A DNA stretch of 32,000 nt. Origin: Vibrio vulnificus CMCP6. GTDB taxonomy: Bacteria; Pseudomonadota; Gammaproteobacteria; Enterobacterales; Vibrionaceae. The translations under genes were made by a program, and so were the position numbers. The stretch's first letter is position 1; every line of letters starts with the position of its first letter. The notes under the pieces were generated by a model. It was not told the DNA's origin and did not search any database. It saw only the letters and a list, made by a program, of their open reading frames with translations. Of this stretch, positions 17,338 through 27,257 are shown one piece after another. The stretch is from NCBI RefSeq assembly GCF_000039765.1, contig NC_004460.2:1290001-1322000 (forward strand), given 5' to 3'.

Positions 17338-17521
17338 TCCAGCTCGACTCGCGTTTTGGTTTACAGTGTAAACTTGCATGAGATTGACGTTGCGACCTGT
17401 TTCTCCTCGAAGAACGGAGCGTGCTGAGGTATCTAATTCGCAGAATGATGCAACGAGGATTGCTTTTTCTCGTTCGTTGCCTATAAAGGCCATGGATTGA
17501 ACAAGCCGAAGGAGTGAGGCA

Positions 17522-18340
17522 ATGTATCTCAATACGGAATTTGAGAGTTTTAGTGCGTTAATCAACAAGTGCTGGGCCCAACACGAACAAGATCCTCAGT
17601 ATGTGGCGAGTTTGCTCGAAACGGTGTTAAGCAACGAGTCCGAATCCGATCATCTGGCCGCTGCAATGGGGTGTTTTGTGCATACTTGCGTTGCCCATTT
17701 AAGAGAGGCACAACGAGCACAACGCCTTTTTGATCGGCGTGATGGGGTGTTTGACACATCGACGATGACGATTTGGCGAGGTGTGCTGCTCTATTTTACC
17801 GATCCTGAGCGTTTGCCAAGTTACCTTGCTTCACGACCGAATGATGAACAAGCTTTGATTCGTGGTCGTATTGCCAATGAGTTGGTTGCGCTGGCGCAAA
17901 TGGAAGAGGCGATTTTGTTGTTGCAACAGGCAGCCTCTTTCGCTGCTCCAAGTCAGGTTGTGCTGCACCGCATCTTGGCCATTGCATCAAACAACTTAGC
18001 CTGTCAGTTGGAAGAGCAAGCGCAGCGTACCGAACAAGAGAAACATGCCATGTTATGGGCTGCTCGCCAGGCGCTAGACAGTTGGAAAATAGCCGGTGGG
18101 TGGAAAGAAGAAGAGCGAGCGGAGTATCGCTTTGCCAAAAGTTATCTCGCCGCAGGCGATGCTAGTTCAGCGTTGGGGCATGCGACTCGTTGTCTCAATA
18201 TCTGCCAACGAGAGAAGGATGATTTCGAGCTGTTTTATGCCTATGAACTGCTTGCTCACGTTTACTACCATTTGGCGGAAGAGAGAAAGCATGGCCTTGA
18301 CTCGGAACTCGCTCAATACTGTGAATACCGTTGGATGTAA
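17522..18340 (+). CDS. Hypothetical helical (TPR-like?) protein, 272 aa
   Basis: SD GAAGGAG lies upstream of the ATG. The ORF is long and the sequence looks helix-rich. No family was recognised. Confidence 0.7.
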   Translation: MYLNTEFESFSALINKCWAQHEQDPQYVASLLETVLSNESESDHLAAAMGCFVHTCVAHLREAQRAQRLFDRRDGVFDTSTMTIWRGVLLYFTDPERLPSYLASRPNDEQALIRGRIANELVALAQMEEAILLLQQAASFAAPSQVVLHRILAIASNNLACQLEEQAQRTEQEKHAMLWAARQALDSWKIAGGWKEEERAEYRFAKSYLAAGDASSALGHATRCLNICQREKDDFELFYAYELLAHVYYHLAEERKHGLDSELAQYCEYRWM

Positions 18341-18397
18341 CAAAAAACGAGAAGCATCAGGCTTCTCGCTTTTGTTTTAGCTCGTGTTCTGGTGTGG

Positions 18398-19006
18398 TTA
18401 TTGAGTGGCGATTTGTGGCTGATAGCGCCCTGGTTTGTGGTTCATCGCTAGAATCAAGTTTGTTGCTACCGCCCCGAGCACTGATAAAGCAATTAAATAA
18501 GGTTCAACAATAAAGAGCGAAAGAACGACGATGGTGCAGTCGAGTGCCATTTGAACCTTACCAGCACGAATGCCAAAGCGTTCTTGTAAAAACAGGGCGA
18601 GAATATTGAAACCACCCAAGCTCATCTTGTGACGGAAGATGATCAACATTCCAATGCCAATTAAACCTCCGCCAAGTAGGGCGGCATAAAGCGGGTCAAT
18701 GTGCGCAATTTGAATGACGTGATGCAAATGGTCTACGGCGAACGAGACAATTGTCACGGCGATAAAAGTATTGATGGTAAAGCGCCATCCCATGCGCATG
18801 ACAGAAAGTAGGTAAAACGGTAGGTTCAACGCAAAAAACACTTGGCCGAAACTAAAGTCAGTGACTTTGGTTAAAAAAATTGCCAATCCTGCGGTTCCAC
18901 CAGTCAATAATCCTACTTGATTAAAAAAGATAACACCGAGAGAAACCAAGGCACTGCCTAATGTCAGCGCCAGTAAGTTCTCTCTTAGGCTATGATCTTT
19001 ATCCAT
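18398..19006 (-). CDS. YitT-family (DUF161) integral membrane protein
   Basis: 202 aa with about 5 TM segments. It has a glycine-rich signature (LLTGGTAGLAIF, LLGGGLIGIGM) typical of the YitT N-terminal module. Confidence 0.8.
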   Translation of the reverse strand: MDKDHSLRENLLALTLGSALVSLGVIFFNQVGLLTGGTAGLAIFLTKVTDFSFGQVFFALNLPFYLLSVMRMGWRFTINTFIAVTIVSFAVDHLHHVIQIAHIDPLYAALLGGGLIGIGMLIIFRHKMSLGGFNILALFLQERFGIRAGKVQMALDCTIVVLSLFIVEPYLIALSVLGAVATNLILAMNHKPGRYQPQIATQ

Positions 19007-19217
19007 TTCGTTGGGCTTCCTTTCAAAAATGCTGTTAAAGAGTAAAAACAGACTAAAACCCGCTAAAGATGTCGATTATTGAGCCTTTTGTCGAGTTTGC
19101 AACAGAATTGGTGAAACTGTTAAGTGTTTAACAAATTTTACACAAGCCGGTTGGAACACGGAAAGTTAACAGCTTTGATGGTGAGCGAGAAAAACCATAA
19201 AACGCAGGAAGCAAGCG

Positions 19218-19613
19218 ATGATCAAACAAGTTGGCCCAACCGTTATTCAAGCAAAACACAAAGCGAGTTGTCACTGTGGTGGTGTCGAGCTTGAGCTCGA
19301 ATTACCCAATGGCATTGAGAAACCGAGGCGCTGCGACTGCTCCTTATGTCGAAGAAAAGGGGCCATTGTGGCGTCGGTGAAATTGGATGGTATCCGCATC
19401 ATCAAAGGCGAAGCCTTACTGAAGCTCTATCAGTTTAATACTCATACCGCGAAACATTATTTCTGCTCTAACTGCGGCATTTATACCCACCATCAGCGCC
19501 GCTCTTCACCGAATGAATATGGTTTTAATCTAGGGTGTTTGGAAGGAGTGAACCCGTATGATATTGGTGAGGTTCCATTGATGGATGGGGTTAATCATCC
19601 CGCAGATCGATGA
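19218..19613 (+). CDS. GFA / CENP-V family protein (Cys-rich zinc site)
   Basis: The family pattern is present: CHCGGVELEL...RCDCSLCRRKGA...FCSNCG. Confidence 0.88.
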   Translation: MIKQVGPTVIQAKHKASCHCGGVELELELPNGIEKPRRCDCSLCRRKGAIVASVKLDGIRIIKGEALLKLYQFNTHTAKHYFCSNCGIYTHHQRRSSPNEYGFNLGCLEGVNPYDIGEVPLMDGVNHPADR

Positions 19614-19648
19614 AATGGTGAAGTATTGAAAATCGAAGTATCGGCAGT

Positions 19649-19677
19649 AGAGGGCTACCAAGCGTTGATAGCCCTCT
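19649..19677. terminator. Hairpin between the convergent GFA gene and nhaD
   Basis: AGAGGGCTA (19649-19657) pairs with TAGCCCTCT (19669-19677), a perfect 9-bp stem. The T-tail is weak. Confidence 0.5.
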
Positions 19678-19687
19678 TTGAACAAGA

Positions 19688-21124
19688 TCAGTAGTTGAAG
19701 GTTTGTGTGTTATACACCAAATGGACCGCGATACTGGCGCAGTAACCAAGCAAGATCACCGGGCTCCATTTTAAGTGACCAAAGAAAGTGTATTGACCGC
19801 GAGCAGCCCCCATTAATGCCACGCCGGCCGCCGAGCCGATCGACAACATACTGCCTCCCACGCCAGCCGTTAAGGTGACCAGCAGCCAATTGCCAAGCGA
19901 CATCGAAGGCTCCATGCTAAGCACCGCAAACATCACCGGAATATTATCGACAATGGCGGATAGGAAGCCGACGGTAATATTGGCCCAAACAGGGTCCCAC
20001 TTGGTGTAGAGGGTGAAAGAGACCACTTCGAGATAACCTAACAAGCTCAAACCACCGACGCACATAACAACGCCATAAAAGAACAGCAAGGTGTCCCATT
20101 CTGCCCGAGAGACGCGATGGAACACATCGAATGGCACCACAGAGCCGATGCGTTTTAGTGCATCCTCATCCCCATTGGCAATGGCAATGGCGGTCTTCTT
20201 TGCTAAAGATTGCGCCAAGGTTTTACGCAAGAAATAGCCAAAAAATTGCAGATAAGCGAGGCCCATCATCATGCCAATGACGGGAGGGAAGTGGAGTACG
20301 GCGTGAAACGCCACCGCGGTGGCGATGGTGAGAATAAACAGGCCGACAATACGTCGAGCGCCGCGTTTGAGTTCAACATCGACATGCACCGTTTGCGGAC
20401 GTTCTTCTGGAATGAAGAAGGACATGATGAGGGCGGGTAATAGATAGTTGATGGCAGAAGGCAAAAAAAGTGGCATAAACTGTGAAAAGCTCACGTGGCC
20501 AGCTTGCCAAACCATCAAGGTAGTGATGTCCCCAAACGGGCTAAATGCTCCTCCTGCATTGGCCGCAATGACGATGTTAATGCATGCAAGGTTAACAAAC
20601 TTGGGGTTATCGCCAGAGACTTTCATCACCACAGCGCACATCAAAAGCGCCGTGGTGAGGTTATCGGCGATAGGGGAAATGAAGAAAGAGAGAAAGCCTG
20701 TGAGCCAAAATAGCCGACGAAAATCAAAGCCCTTACTGACCATCCACGCTTGTAGCGCGTCGAACAGCCGTCGCTCTTCCATGGCATTAATGTAGGTCAT
20801 CGCCACCAGTAAGAACAACAGCAGCTCTGCGTACTCTAGCAAGTTGTGTTCTAGTGCGGCTTTGGCGACCTCGCTTTGCCCATGGGACTGATAGCTAAAG
20901 CCGATCAAAATCCAGATTAAACCCGCAGCGAGCAGTACGGGTTTGGATTTGCGCATTTTTAAGTACTCTTCCAGCATCACTAAGATGTAGGAGAGGACGA
21001 AAATAAACAGGCAGAGTATCCCGACTGCTGATGTGGTGAGATTGAGTTTCGAGGTTGTTGCGCCAAAGGCAAGGGTGGGAAACAAAAGGGTAATTAGCAC
21101 AACAATCCGTTGATAGATGCCCAT
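19688..21124 (-). CDS. nhaD: NhaD-type Na+/H+ antiporter
   Basis: Polytopic protein; 478 aa from ATG 21124, which has SD GGAGA 7 nt upstream. Composition and length match NhaD / the ArsB-NhaD permease superfamily as recalled. Confidence 0.85.
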   Translation of the reverse strand: MGIYQRIVVLITLLFPTLAFGATTSKLNLTTSAVGILCLFIFVLSYILVMLEEYLKMRKSKPVLLAAGLIWILIGFSYQSHGQSEVAKAALEHNLLEYAELLLFLLVAMTYINAMEERRLFDALQAWMVSKGFDFRRLFWLTGFLSFFISPIADNLTTALLMCAVVMKVSGDNPKFVNLACINIVIAANAGGAFSPFGDITTLMVWQAGHVSFSQFMPLFLPSAINYLLPALIMSFFIPEERPQTVHVDVELKRGARRIVGLFILTIATAVAFHAVLHFPPVIGMMMGLAYLQFFGYFLRKTLAQSLAKKTAIAIANGDEDALKRIGSVVPFDVFHRVSRAEWDTLLFFYGVVMCVGGLSLLGYLEVVSFTLYTKWDPVWANITVGFLSAIVDNIPVMFAVLSMEPSMSLGNWLLVTLTAGVGGSMLSIGSAAGVALMGAARGQYTFFGHLKWSPVILLGYCASIAVHLVYNTQTFNY

Positions 21125-21223
21125 AGACCATTCTCCGTTATTATCTGGAGAAATTTTAGACACAAATGAACGAGTTATATGTGACAGCTATCGTATTCGC
21201 TGAAGCGAAATGGATTTAGTCGT

Positions 21224-21337
21224 TTATCTTTTGAGGCTGTAGACGCTGGCAATGCTCAATAAGGCGACAACAATAATCAGCCCATGGGATAACCAAGCGC
21301 TAATTTCAAGAAATGGTGTTAATTGAGTGCTCCACAT
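21224..21337 (-). CDS. Small single-TM protein (37 aa), below the ORF-track cutoff
   Basis: Read from the reverse strand: aAGGAGGggtt-ATG, then MWSTQLTPFLEISAWLSHGLIIVVALLSIASVYSLKR, stop TAA at 21224-21226. It has a strong SD, a hydrophobic core and a basic C-terminus. Confidence 0.45.
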   Translation of the reverse strand: MWSTQLTPFLEISAWLSHGLIIVVALLSIASVYSLKR

Positions 21338-21543
21338 AACCCCTCCTTCTTTGCAATGGCTACAACATGTGGAATGAAGCGGTTACTTTAATCAGATTGG
21401 GGATGAATTATTGTGAGTCATTACAAATATTTAACCATGCATTTCATAAAATACGCTGGCTTTGCGACTTCGCTCTCATTAAATGAGAACCATTCCCGAC
21501 GGGTGAGTTGGTCATCGGTCGGGAATGATGAGCTAGATTGGCT

Positions 21544-22563
21544 TTATCTGAGCAGGTAGCGTTGTAAAGGCGTGTGGTTCAACCCCCACACCAGCGCCAC
21601 GCTAAGCCCAATCGTCATCGGATAAATAAAGAGATCACGGCTTAACCCTTCAAAACCCAATATTCCAGCAATGTTCATGAGTAGGATGATCACCAATAAG
21701 TGACAAATGTACACTCCGAGCACATATGGTGATAACGCAAAGGTCAAAGGATGTTGGCCAAGTTGAGGGTAATTGAGCAAGAGTAGAAATAGGCCCGTTG
21801 CCCACAGTTCAGTACCAAAGAGGAAGTCATGACCGTTGAAGGCAATGTCGTACCCCATTAATCCATAAGCTTGGCCAAGGTGTACGAGCAAGCCAACCAA
21901 GAACATTCCCCCTGCAATCGCACTGCTGACACGCACGTTTTTCTCACGAATCATAAAGCCAATAGCCACCAATAAGGTGCTGAAGAACGGCCCATTACGG
22001 GTAAAGAAAGGGGAGGCTAAATCCGTCAAAGGCTGATAGCTGCCAGCTAAGACCCCATAAAGATACAACAGTGCTGCGATGGGCAGTAACCAGTGCTGAC
22101 GTTGAAAATGGACAAACAGTGCCACTACAGCCACGGCGATAATTAAGGCTGGAAGAAACCACAAATGCACCAGTCCGCCTTCTAACAAGGAATTCAGCGG
22201 TGTTTGAGCAAGGTAGCCCCAGTAGCCTTGTCGCTCGGCTAAATAACCGTGTTCCGCGACGACTTGGAAATTGAAAGGCATCAGTAGGCTCAGCGCGCTC
22301 CAGACCAACCAAATCTTAAGCAAGGGTTTGGCGTAATTTCCCAATGTCTCGAAAGGGGCGCTGGTCAGCTTTGGCTGAATTAAATAACCGGAAATCAGGA
22401 AAAATAGCGGTACGGCAAAGCGTGCCATTTGATTGAGCAGGTAGCCGACCCAAGGAATGTCATCGATTTGCCAGTAGGTCAATGCCATTTGGCAATGTAA
22501 GCCTATGATGGCAAGTATCGCGATGATCCGCCCAAGCTCGAGGCTAGCGATTTTGGTTTTCAT
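21544..22563 (-). CDS. Acyltransferase family 3 integral membrane protein
   Basis: About 10 TM segments. The N-terminal pattern (IAILAIIGLHCQ...RFAVPLFFLISGYL) is typical of acyltransferase_3. ATG at 22563 is preceded by GGGAGAG. Confidence 0.85.
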   Translation of the reverse strand: MKTKIASLELGRIIAILAIIGLHCQMALTYWQIDDIPWVGYLLNQMARFAVPLFFLISGYLIQPKLTSAPFETLGNYAKPLLKIWLVWSALSLLMPFNFQVVAEHGYLAERQGYWGYLAQTPLNSLLEGGLVHLWFLPALIIAVAVVALFVHFQRQHWLLPIAALLYLYGVLAGSYQPLTDLASPFFTRNGPFFSTLLVAIGFMIREKNVRVSSAIAGGMFLVGLLVHLGQAYGLMGYDIAFNGHDFLFGTELWATGLFLLLLNYPQLGQHPLTFALSPYVLGVYICHLLVIILLMNIAGILGFEGLSRDLFIYPMTIGLSVALVWGLNHTPLQRYLLR

Positions 22564-22781
22564 GTTCTCTCCCATAAAAATAACTGGCCACAATCTATCA
22601 CTGCTCTCAAAGGGAGAACCTAGCGAATATCAATAGTTGCGATGTGAAAAGAAAAATATTTAAAATCATTGCATTACAATTAAATCTATTATTTGTGTCG
22701 CCAATGGTATCTTGGCTTTCTGGTCTGATCTCTAATATAAAATTTGCAAAATGGAACGATCGTGCTAAAAATTAGGTCATT

Positions 22782-23375
22782 ATGAGTAAAGGTCAAATTA
22801 CAAAAGAGCACATCCTGCAGCATGCCTTTCAACTGGCCAGTGAAAATGGCTTAGAAAGCCTCACCATTGGCGAGTTAGCGAAGCAGTGCGGGATGTCAAA
22901 AAGTGGTTTGTTTGCCCACTTCAACGCGAAGCTGAATTTGCAACTCTCGGTGCTGGAGTATGCCAACCTGATCTTCGCTGAGCGTGTGATTGCGCCTGCC
23001 CGTTTGTCTGGTGATGCGGATATGGAAAAGAAAATCCGAGGGCTACTGGATAACTGGATGACGTGGAACCACTCGTTTCAAGGAAGTTGCATGTTTTTAG
23101 ACGCTTGGAATGATGCGGCGCCGAAAGAGTGTGAACTGCAAAAAGCGCTGCAAGGTTCGATTGCTAAGTGGCTGGATTACCTGCAAATCCAAGTTGAAAA
23201 AGGGATGGAACAAGGCGCTTTTTCAGCGGATTTGAATGCCCAACAAGCGGTGTTTGAACTGTATGGCTTGTACCTCAGTGCGCATGTGTTTTATGCCATA
23301 CGTGGGGAGGAAGTGAGTTTGCAGCATTTTTGGCAAGGGGTCGATAAACTGCTGGCAGGATGGAAAAACGGTTAA
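22782..23375 (+). CDS. TetR/AcrR-family transcriptional regulator
   Basis: N-terminal TetR HTH (GLESLTIGELAKQCGMSKSGLFAHF). Confidence 0.9.
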   Translation: MSKGQITKEHILQHAFQLASENGLESLTIGELAKQCGMSKSGLFAHFNAKLNLQLSVLEYANLIFAERVIAPARLSGDADMEKKIRGLLDNWMTWNHSFQGSCMFLDAWNDAAPKECELQKALQGSIAKWLDYLQIQVEKGMEQGAFSADLNAQQAVFELYGLYLSAHVFYAIRGEEVSLQHFWQGVDKLLAGWKNG

Positions 23376-23451
23376 GAGAGTAAAGAGCAAGGTATTGCTC
23401 TTTTTAAACAATATAAATAGCACGGTCGTTCTTTTTGAACGAACGGAGGAT

Positions 23452-24303
23452 ATGATGAGTGAGAAGATTTACTTTAATACGTCGCAGAAGTTTAGCCTTA
23501 AACGCAGTTTAGTGAACTGGACGACACGCCTACACCATACGCTGGCCCCTTCCCATGCGAAAAGAACGGCGCGAAAGTTACTGCTAACGCCTGCTCGTAC
23601 CCAGAGTAAAAACCTGCCACCACAAGGCTTGCGTAAAGGCCAGGTAGACACGGCCCATGGCACCTTGACCACGTACGCTTTGGGAGAAGGGCCGGTATGG
23701 GTGCTGACGCACGGTTGGTCGGGCACGGCAAGTCAGTTTTTTCCACTGATGGCGCACATTGCTTCACGAGGCTTTACCGCGTTGGCCTACGATCACCCAG
23801 CACACGGCGAAAGCTCTGGCGATGTTGGCCATATCCCTGCGTTTGTTGAAGGGCTTGATGCGGTGTTGGATTCACTAGATGAGGTCGCTGGGCTTATTGG
23901 TCACAGTATGGGCACGGCATCGGCTCTAGAATGTCGCCACCAAAAGCTTGAGGACAAACCCATGTTGCTGATTGCGCCAGTATTGAATTACGTGGAAAAC
24001 CTGTTTTCGAGCATTGAGCGCTCGGGTTACAGCATGAAACTGTTTAGAGCCGTGGTGTCTGAGGTGGAAGAGCAGTTTAACTATCCTATTCAATCGGTTG
24101 ATCCGTATCGTCGTTTGGCGCAACGTCGTGTACAAACCCTGATAGTGCATGATGAACAAGACAAGTTTACTAGCCATGCAGTTTCTGCCTCTGCCGCTCA
24201 AGAAATGGAGAATGTTGAATTAATCAGCACGCAAGGACAAGGGCGTGGACGCGTGATGAAGTGTCAGCAGGTGCTAGACAGTTTTGATCGCCTGATTGCG
24301 TAA
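23452..24303 (+). CDS. Alpha/beta-fold hydrolase
   Basis: ATG at 23452 or 23455 directly follows GGAGGA. It has the nucleophile elbow GHSMGT and an HGW motif near the N-terminus. The track start at 23395 has no SD. Confidence 0.85.
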   Translation: MMSEKIYFNTSQKFSLKRSLVNWTTRLHHTLAPSHAKRTARKLLLTPARTQSKNLPPQGLRKGQVDTAHGTLTTYALGEGPVWVLTHGWSGTASQFFPLMAHIASRGFTALAYDHPAHGESSGDVGHIPAFVEGLDAVLDSLDEVAGLIGHSMGTASALECRHQKLEDKPMLLIAPVLNYVENLFSSIERSGYSMKLFRAVVSEVEEQFNYPIQSVDPYRRLAQRRVQTLIVHDEQDKFTSHAVSASAAQEMENVELISTQGQGRGRVMKCQQVLDSFDRLIA

Positions 24304-24347
24304 CAGGGCGGAGATTCAACTCTTGTCGACAGCGTAAGCGCAGGAGA

Positions 24348-24377
24348 TAAAAAAGGCCAGACGCGAAGCATCTGGCC
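24348..24377 (-). terminator. Rho-independent terminator of the chitinase gene
   Basis: GGCCAGA (24355-24361) pairs with TCTGGCC (24371-24377). The A-run at 24348-24354 becomes a U-tail on the minus strand. Confidence 0.75.
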
Positions 24378-24400
24378 AGAATTGCTAGGAACAGCAATGA

Positions 24401-26938
24401 TTAGTTACAGTTCGCAGGGCCGATCTCTTTCCAAACACCCCATTGACCTGATTTCGATGGATCTTCACCAGTAGTCCACCACTTCGCTTCCCATGTTTTG
24501 CCTGCATGAGTCACTTGTTGGCCACCCGTGTAAACCGCGCTCGCATCCCATGCATTGCTGCATGTGCCGCCGTTATCCACTTTCTTCGCAACAACAACTG
24601 TTGTTGATGCCACAGACGATGCTTGACCATCGCTCACTGTTACGGTGAACGTTAGGCTAGTATCTGCTGTGTATTCGGCCGCAGTGAAGGTCACTTGTGC
24701 GCCATTGGTTTGTGCTACAAGACCAGCTGGAAGCTGCCAAGTGTAAGTCAGAGTATCGTTGTCTGCATCTGTTGAAGTAGACGCATCAACCACGACCACA
24801 TCACCCGCATTTGCCGTGGCAGGTGCTGTCACTTTCGCCACTGGGGCTGTGTTCACAGGACCTGTGTCTTTCGCGTTCACCGTCACAACCACAGTGTCAG
24901 AGGCGCTTGCGCCATCTGCATCCGTTACCGTAAGTTGGAAAGTGAATTGCTGCGCTGCAGTCACTTCTGGTGCATCAAAGCTTGCAGAAGCCGTGTTTGC
25001 GCCCATCAGCGTGACCGCTGGACCACTCACTTGAGTCCAAGCGTAGCTAGCGATAGGGCCTTCAGCATCTTTCGATGCACTGCCATCCAATGTCACGGTT
25101 GCTGGGCCAACCACGACGACATCGGCACCCGCATTTGCGGTTGGTTTTTTGTTTGGTGGGATCACCACACCGCCCGCCAAACCTTCATGCATCGCATTGA
25201 GGATGTCACCATTATCGGCATCGATTTCCCATGAGAATAGACCCGCTAGACCAAGGCTCTTCGCGTATGCGCCTTTTGCAAGAACAGAGCGATGATCGTC
25301 AAACGTGATCAACTCACCCGTGGTGCGGTTCCACACGTATGGCGCTTCAGCTTGATCATCATAGCCGTATTCGAAGCCGTTGATGCCTGTGCTGTTTGGA
25401 CCCAACATGAATGACTTAATGCCTTTGTAGTCAATCACGCCATCTTCCCAAACACCTTGAGCGGTGCTGCCTTTCAGTTTACCCGTTGCAGTGCCAGTCA
25501 TTGGGTCATTTGGATCACGTAGAGTGCTTGGCATCACGCCTTCCCAACCACGGCCGTACATGGCAGTACCAAGAACCAGTTTGTTGGCTGGCACACCTTG
25601 CGCAAGCAGGAGTTGAATACCGTGATCAGAGGTGTAAGCCGGGCCTTTGTAAGGCACGCCATTCTCGTCTACACCCGTGCCGTCACACTGACCAGGGCGC
25701 ATGAAGTTACCACAGTAAAGCGCGGTTTGGTGACCAGGGACGTTGTTCCAACCGCCGTAGAAGTCGTACGTCATGGCAAAGATGTAATCCATGTACTGAA
25801 TGGCATCTGCGTAGTTCACGTCTTCAATCTTGTCGTGACCCACACCGATAGCGGATGTCAGTTCATAAGTGCGACCTGTTTCTGCTTCCAACTCGTTCAG
25901 CATGGTGCGCAGTTCGCGCATCAGATCAACGTAGGCTTGGCCATCGCGTGCAGGATCGCCTAGGTTTGGCGCAGCGCCATCACCACCAGGGAATTCCCAA
26001 TCGATATCCACACCGTCATAGAATTTCCACGTCGTTAGGAAGCGTTTGACTGATGCCACAAACGTATCGCGGTTTTTCTTATCAACGAAATCAAAGAATG
26101 GGTCAGACAATGTCCAGCCACCGATGGATGGGATGATTTTGAGATCAGGGTAACGCTGTTTCAGCGCCATCATCATCGCGTAGTTGCCTTTGATTGGCGT
26201 GCTGTATTGATGGCCAGCTTGTGGGAAGCTCTTTTGATACGCTGCCCATGGGTCATGAATCACGACTTCGTAATCTGGCACACCCTGACACGCGGTTTGA
26301 AGCGCATTGAAGCTGTTACCGCCAACCGATTTCACCGACTCGTTTGGACCACAGATAGGAATAAAGCCGTAAAGAATATGAGTAAGGTTCTGAGCTGGGA
26401 TGTTGTCAACGGTGTAGTTACGGCCATAAATGCCCCATTCAACAAAGTAAGTACCTACGACAAGGCTTGGGTCCGTGTTGTAAGACTTATTGTTCGAGTC
26501 AACATTCATGGTAAGCGGCTTAAGATGCGAGCCGTCGGTATCGGCGATGGTGATCTCCGCGGGTGCGCTTTTCGCACAGCCAGTCGCATCACACGCTTCG
26601 ATTTCCATTTGATAAAGGCCGCCTTTTCCGTATTGGAAAGTGGCCGCTGTTTGGCTTCCAGAAATAGGACCAGAGGCCACTTTTACGCCGTCAAAATAGA
26701 TATTATAAGTATCACCAGTATTGCCACTCCATTGATTGAACTTCACAGAGATGGTTGCCTGATCATGGTATTTCACCATTTGGTTGTAGCCCGCGGTGGT
26801 TTCCATCGCGAGTTCAATCTTAGAAAACTGAAGATTGTTTGAACCGTACAGGTCAATACTTGGTGCTGTAGGTGCGGCAAGCGCTGCTCCAGAAAGAGCC
26901 AGCGCAATACTCGCTGCACACAGGTTTAGTTTCGTCAT
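24401..26938 (-). CDS. chiA: Secreted GH18 chitinase, ChiA type (ChiN domain, GH18, two PKD-like repeats, C-terminal CBM5/12 chitin-binding domain)
   Basis: The start is at ATG 26938 (MTKLNLCAAS..., signal peptide ending ALAAP). The catalytic DGVDIDWE is at 25994-26017 (checked). Two repeats of about 90 aa are present (ANAGADVVVVGP... / ATANAGDVVVVDAS...). The C-terminal block is AWDASAVYTGG..V.H.GK.WEAKWWT.GE.P. Confidence 0.95.
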   Translation of the reverse strand: MTKLNLCAASIALALSGAALAAPTAPSIDLYGSNNLQFSKIELAMETTAGYNQMVKYHDQATISVKFNQWSGNTGDTYNIYFDGVKVASGPISGSQTAATFQYGKGGLYQMEIEACDATGCAKSAPAEITIADTDGSHLKPLTMNVDSNNKSYNTDPSLVVGTYFVEWGIYGRNYTVDNIPAQNLTHILYGFIPICGPNESVKSVGGNSFNALQTACQGVPDYEVVIHDPWAAYQKSFPQAGHQYSTPIKGNYAMMMALKQRYPDLKIIPSIGGWTLSDPFFDFVDKKNRDTFVASVKRFLTTWKFYDGVDIDWEFPGGDGAAPNLGDPARDGQAYVDLMRELRTMLNELEAETGRTYELTSAIGVGHDKIEDVNYADAIQYMDYIFAMTYDFYGGWNNVPGHQTALYCGNFMRPGQCDGTGVDENGVPYKGPAYTSDHGIQLLLAQGVPANKLVLGTAMYGRGWEGVMPSTLRDPNDPMTGTATGKLKGSTAQGVWEDGVIDYKGIKSFMLGPNSTGINGFEYGYDDQAEAPYVWNRTTGELITFDDHRSVLAKGAYAKSLGLAGLFSWEIDADNGDILNAMHEGLAGGVVIPPNKKPTANAGADVVVVGPATVTLDGSASKDAEGPIASYAWTQVSGPAVTLMGANTASASFDAPEVTAAQQFTFQLTVTDADGASASDTVVVTVNAKDTGPVNTAPVAKVTAPATANAGDVVVVDASTSTDADNDTLTYTWQLPAGLVAQTNGAQVTFTAAEYTADTSLTFTVTVSDGQASSVASTTVVVAKKVDNGGTCSNAWDASAVYTGGQQVTHAGKTWEAKWWTTGEDPSKSGQWGVWKEIGPANCN

Positions 26939-27257
26939 AATTTTTCTCTCATTCCTTTGTATATATGCCACCAATTGCGAAGGCATAAGCTGCTTTGCGA
27001 AGGTAGGCACAAAGCATCGATATCAGTATTAAAGAGTCTTTTTTTTCGGCAAAAAAAATTAAAACGCTTTTCGAGTGACCGAGGAGAATCTGAGCGAAAG
27101 AAACAGCGTGTTACATAAAAAATGGAACCGCGCTTGAGAGTTTTATTAATTGTTGAGCGTTTTATGGAAAAATATCAAATAGCATACTATTTGGGGGAAG
27201 AGAAAATAAGTGGAATTAACTTAACAAAAAAGTATGCAACTCAGAAACTTATACTAA

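Noticed and set aside
17329-17568. 79-aa minus-strand ORF spanning the ogt / 272-aa-gene spacer
   Set aside because: It overlaps both flanking genes' ends on the opposite strand and has no SD. It is probably spurious.
24759-27032. Plus-strand ORFs, including a 211-aa one (26207-26842), antisense to the chitinase gene
   Set aside because: They sit inside a well-supported GH18 chitinase on the opposite strand. Their translations are low-complexity or Arg/His-rich, with no recognisable motifs or ribosome-binding sites.
27039-27058. T8-CGGC-A8 symmetric element upstream of the chitinase gene
   Set aside because: It is striking to the eye, but an all-A/T stem would be very weak as a hairpin. It is not positioned as a terminator for either neighbour. 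With no second copy in the window I cannot assign a function.
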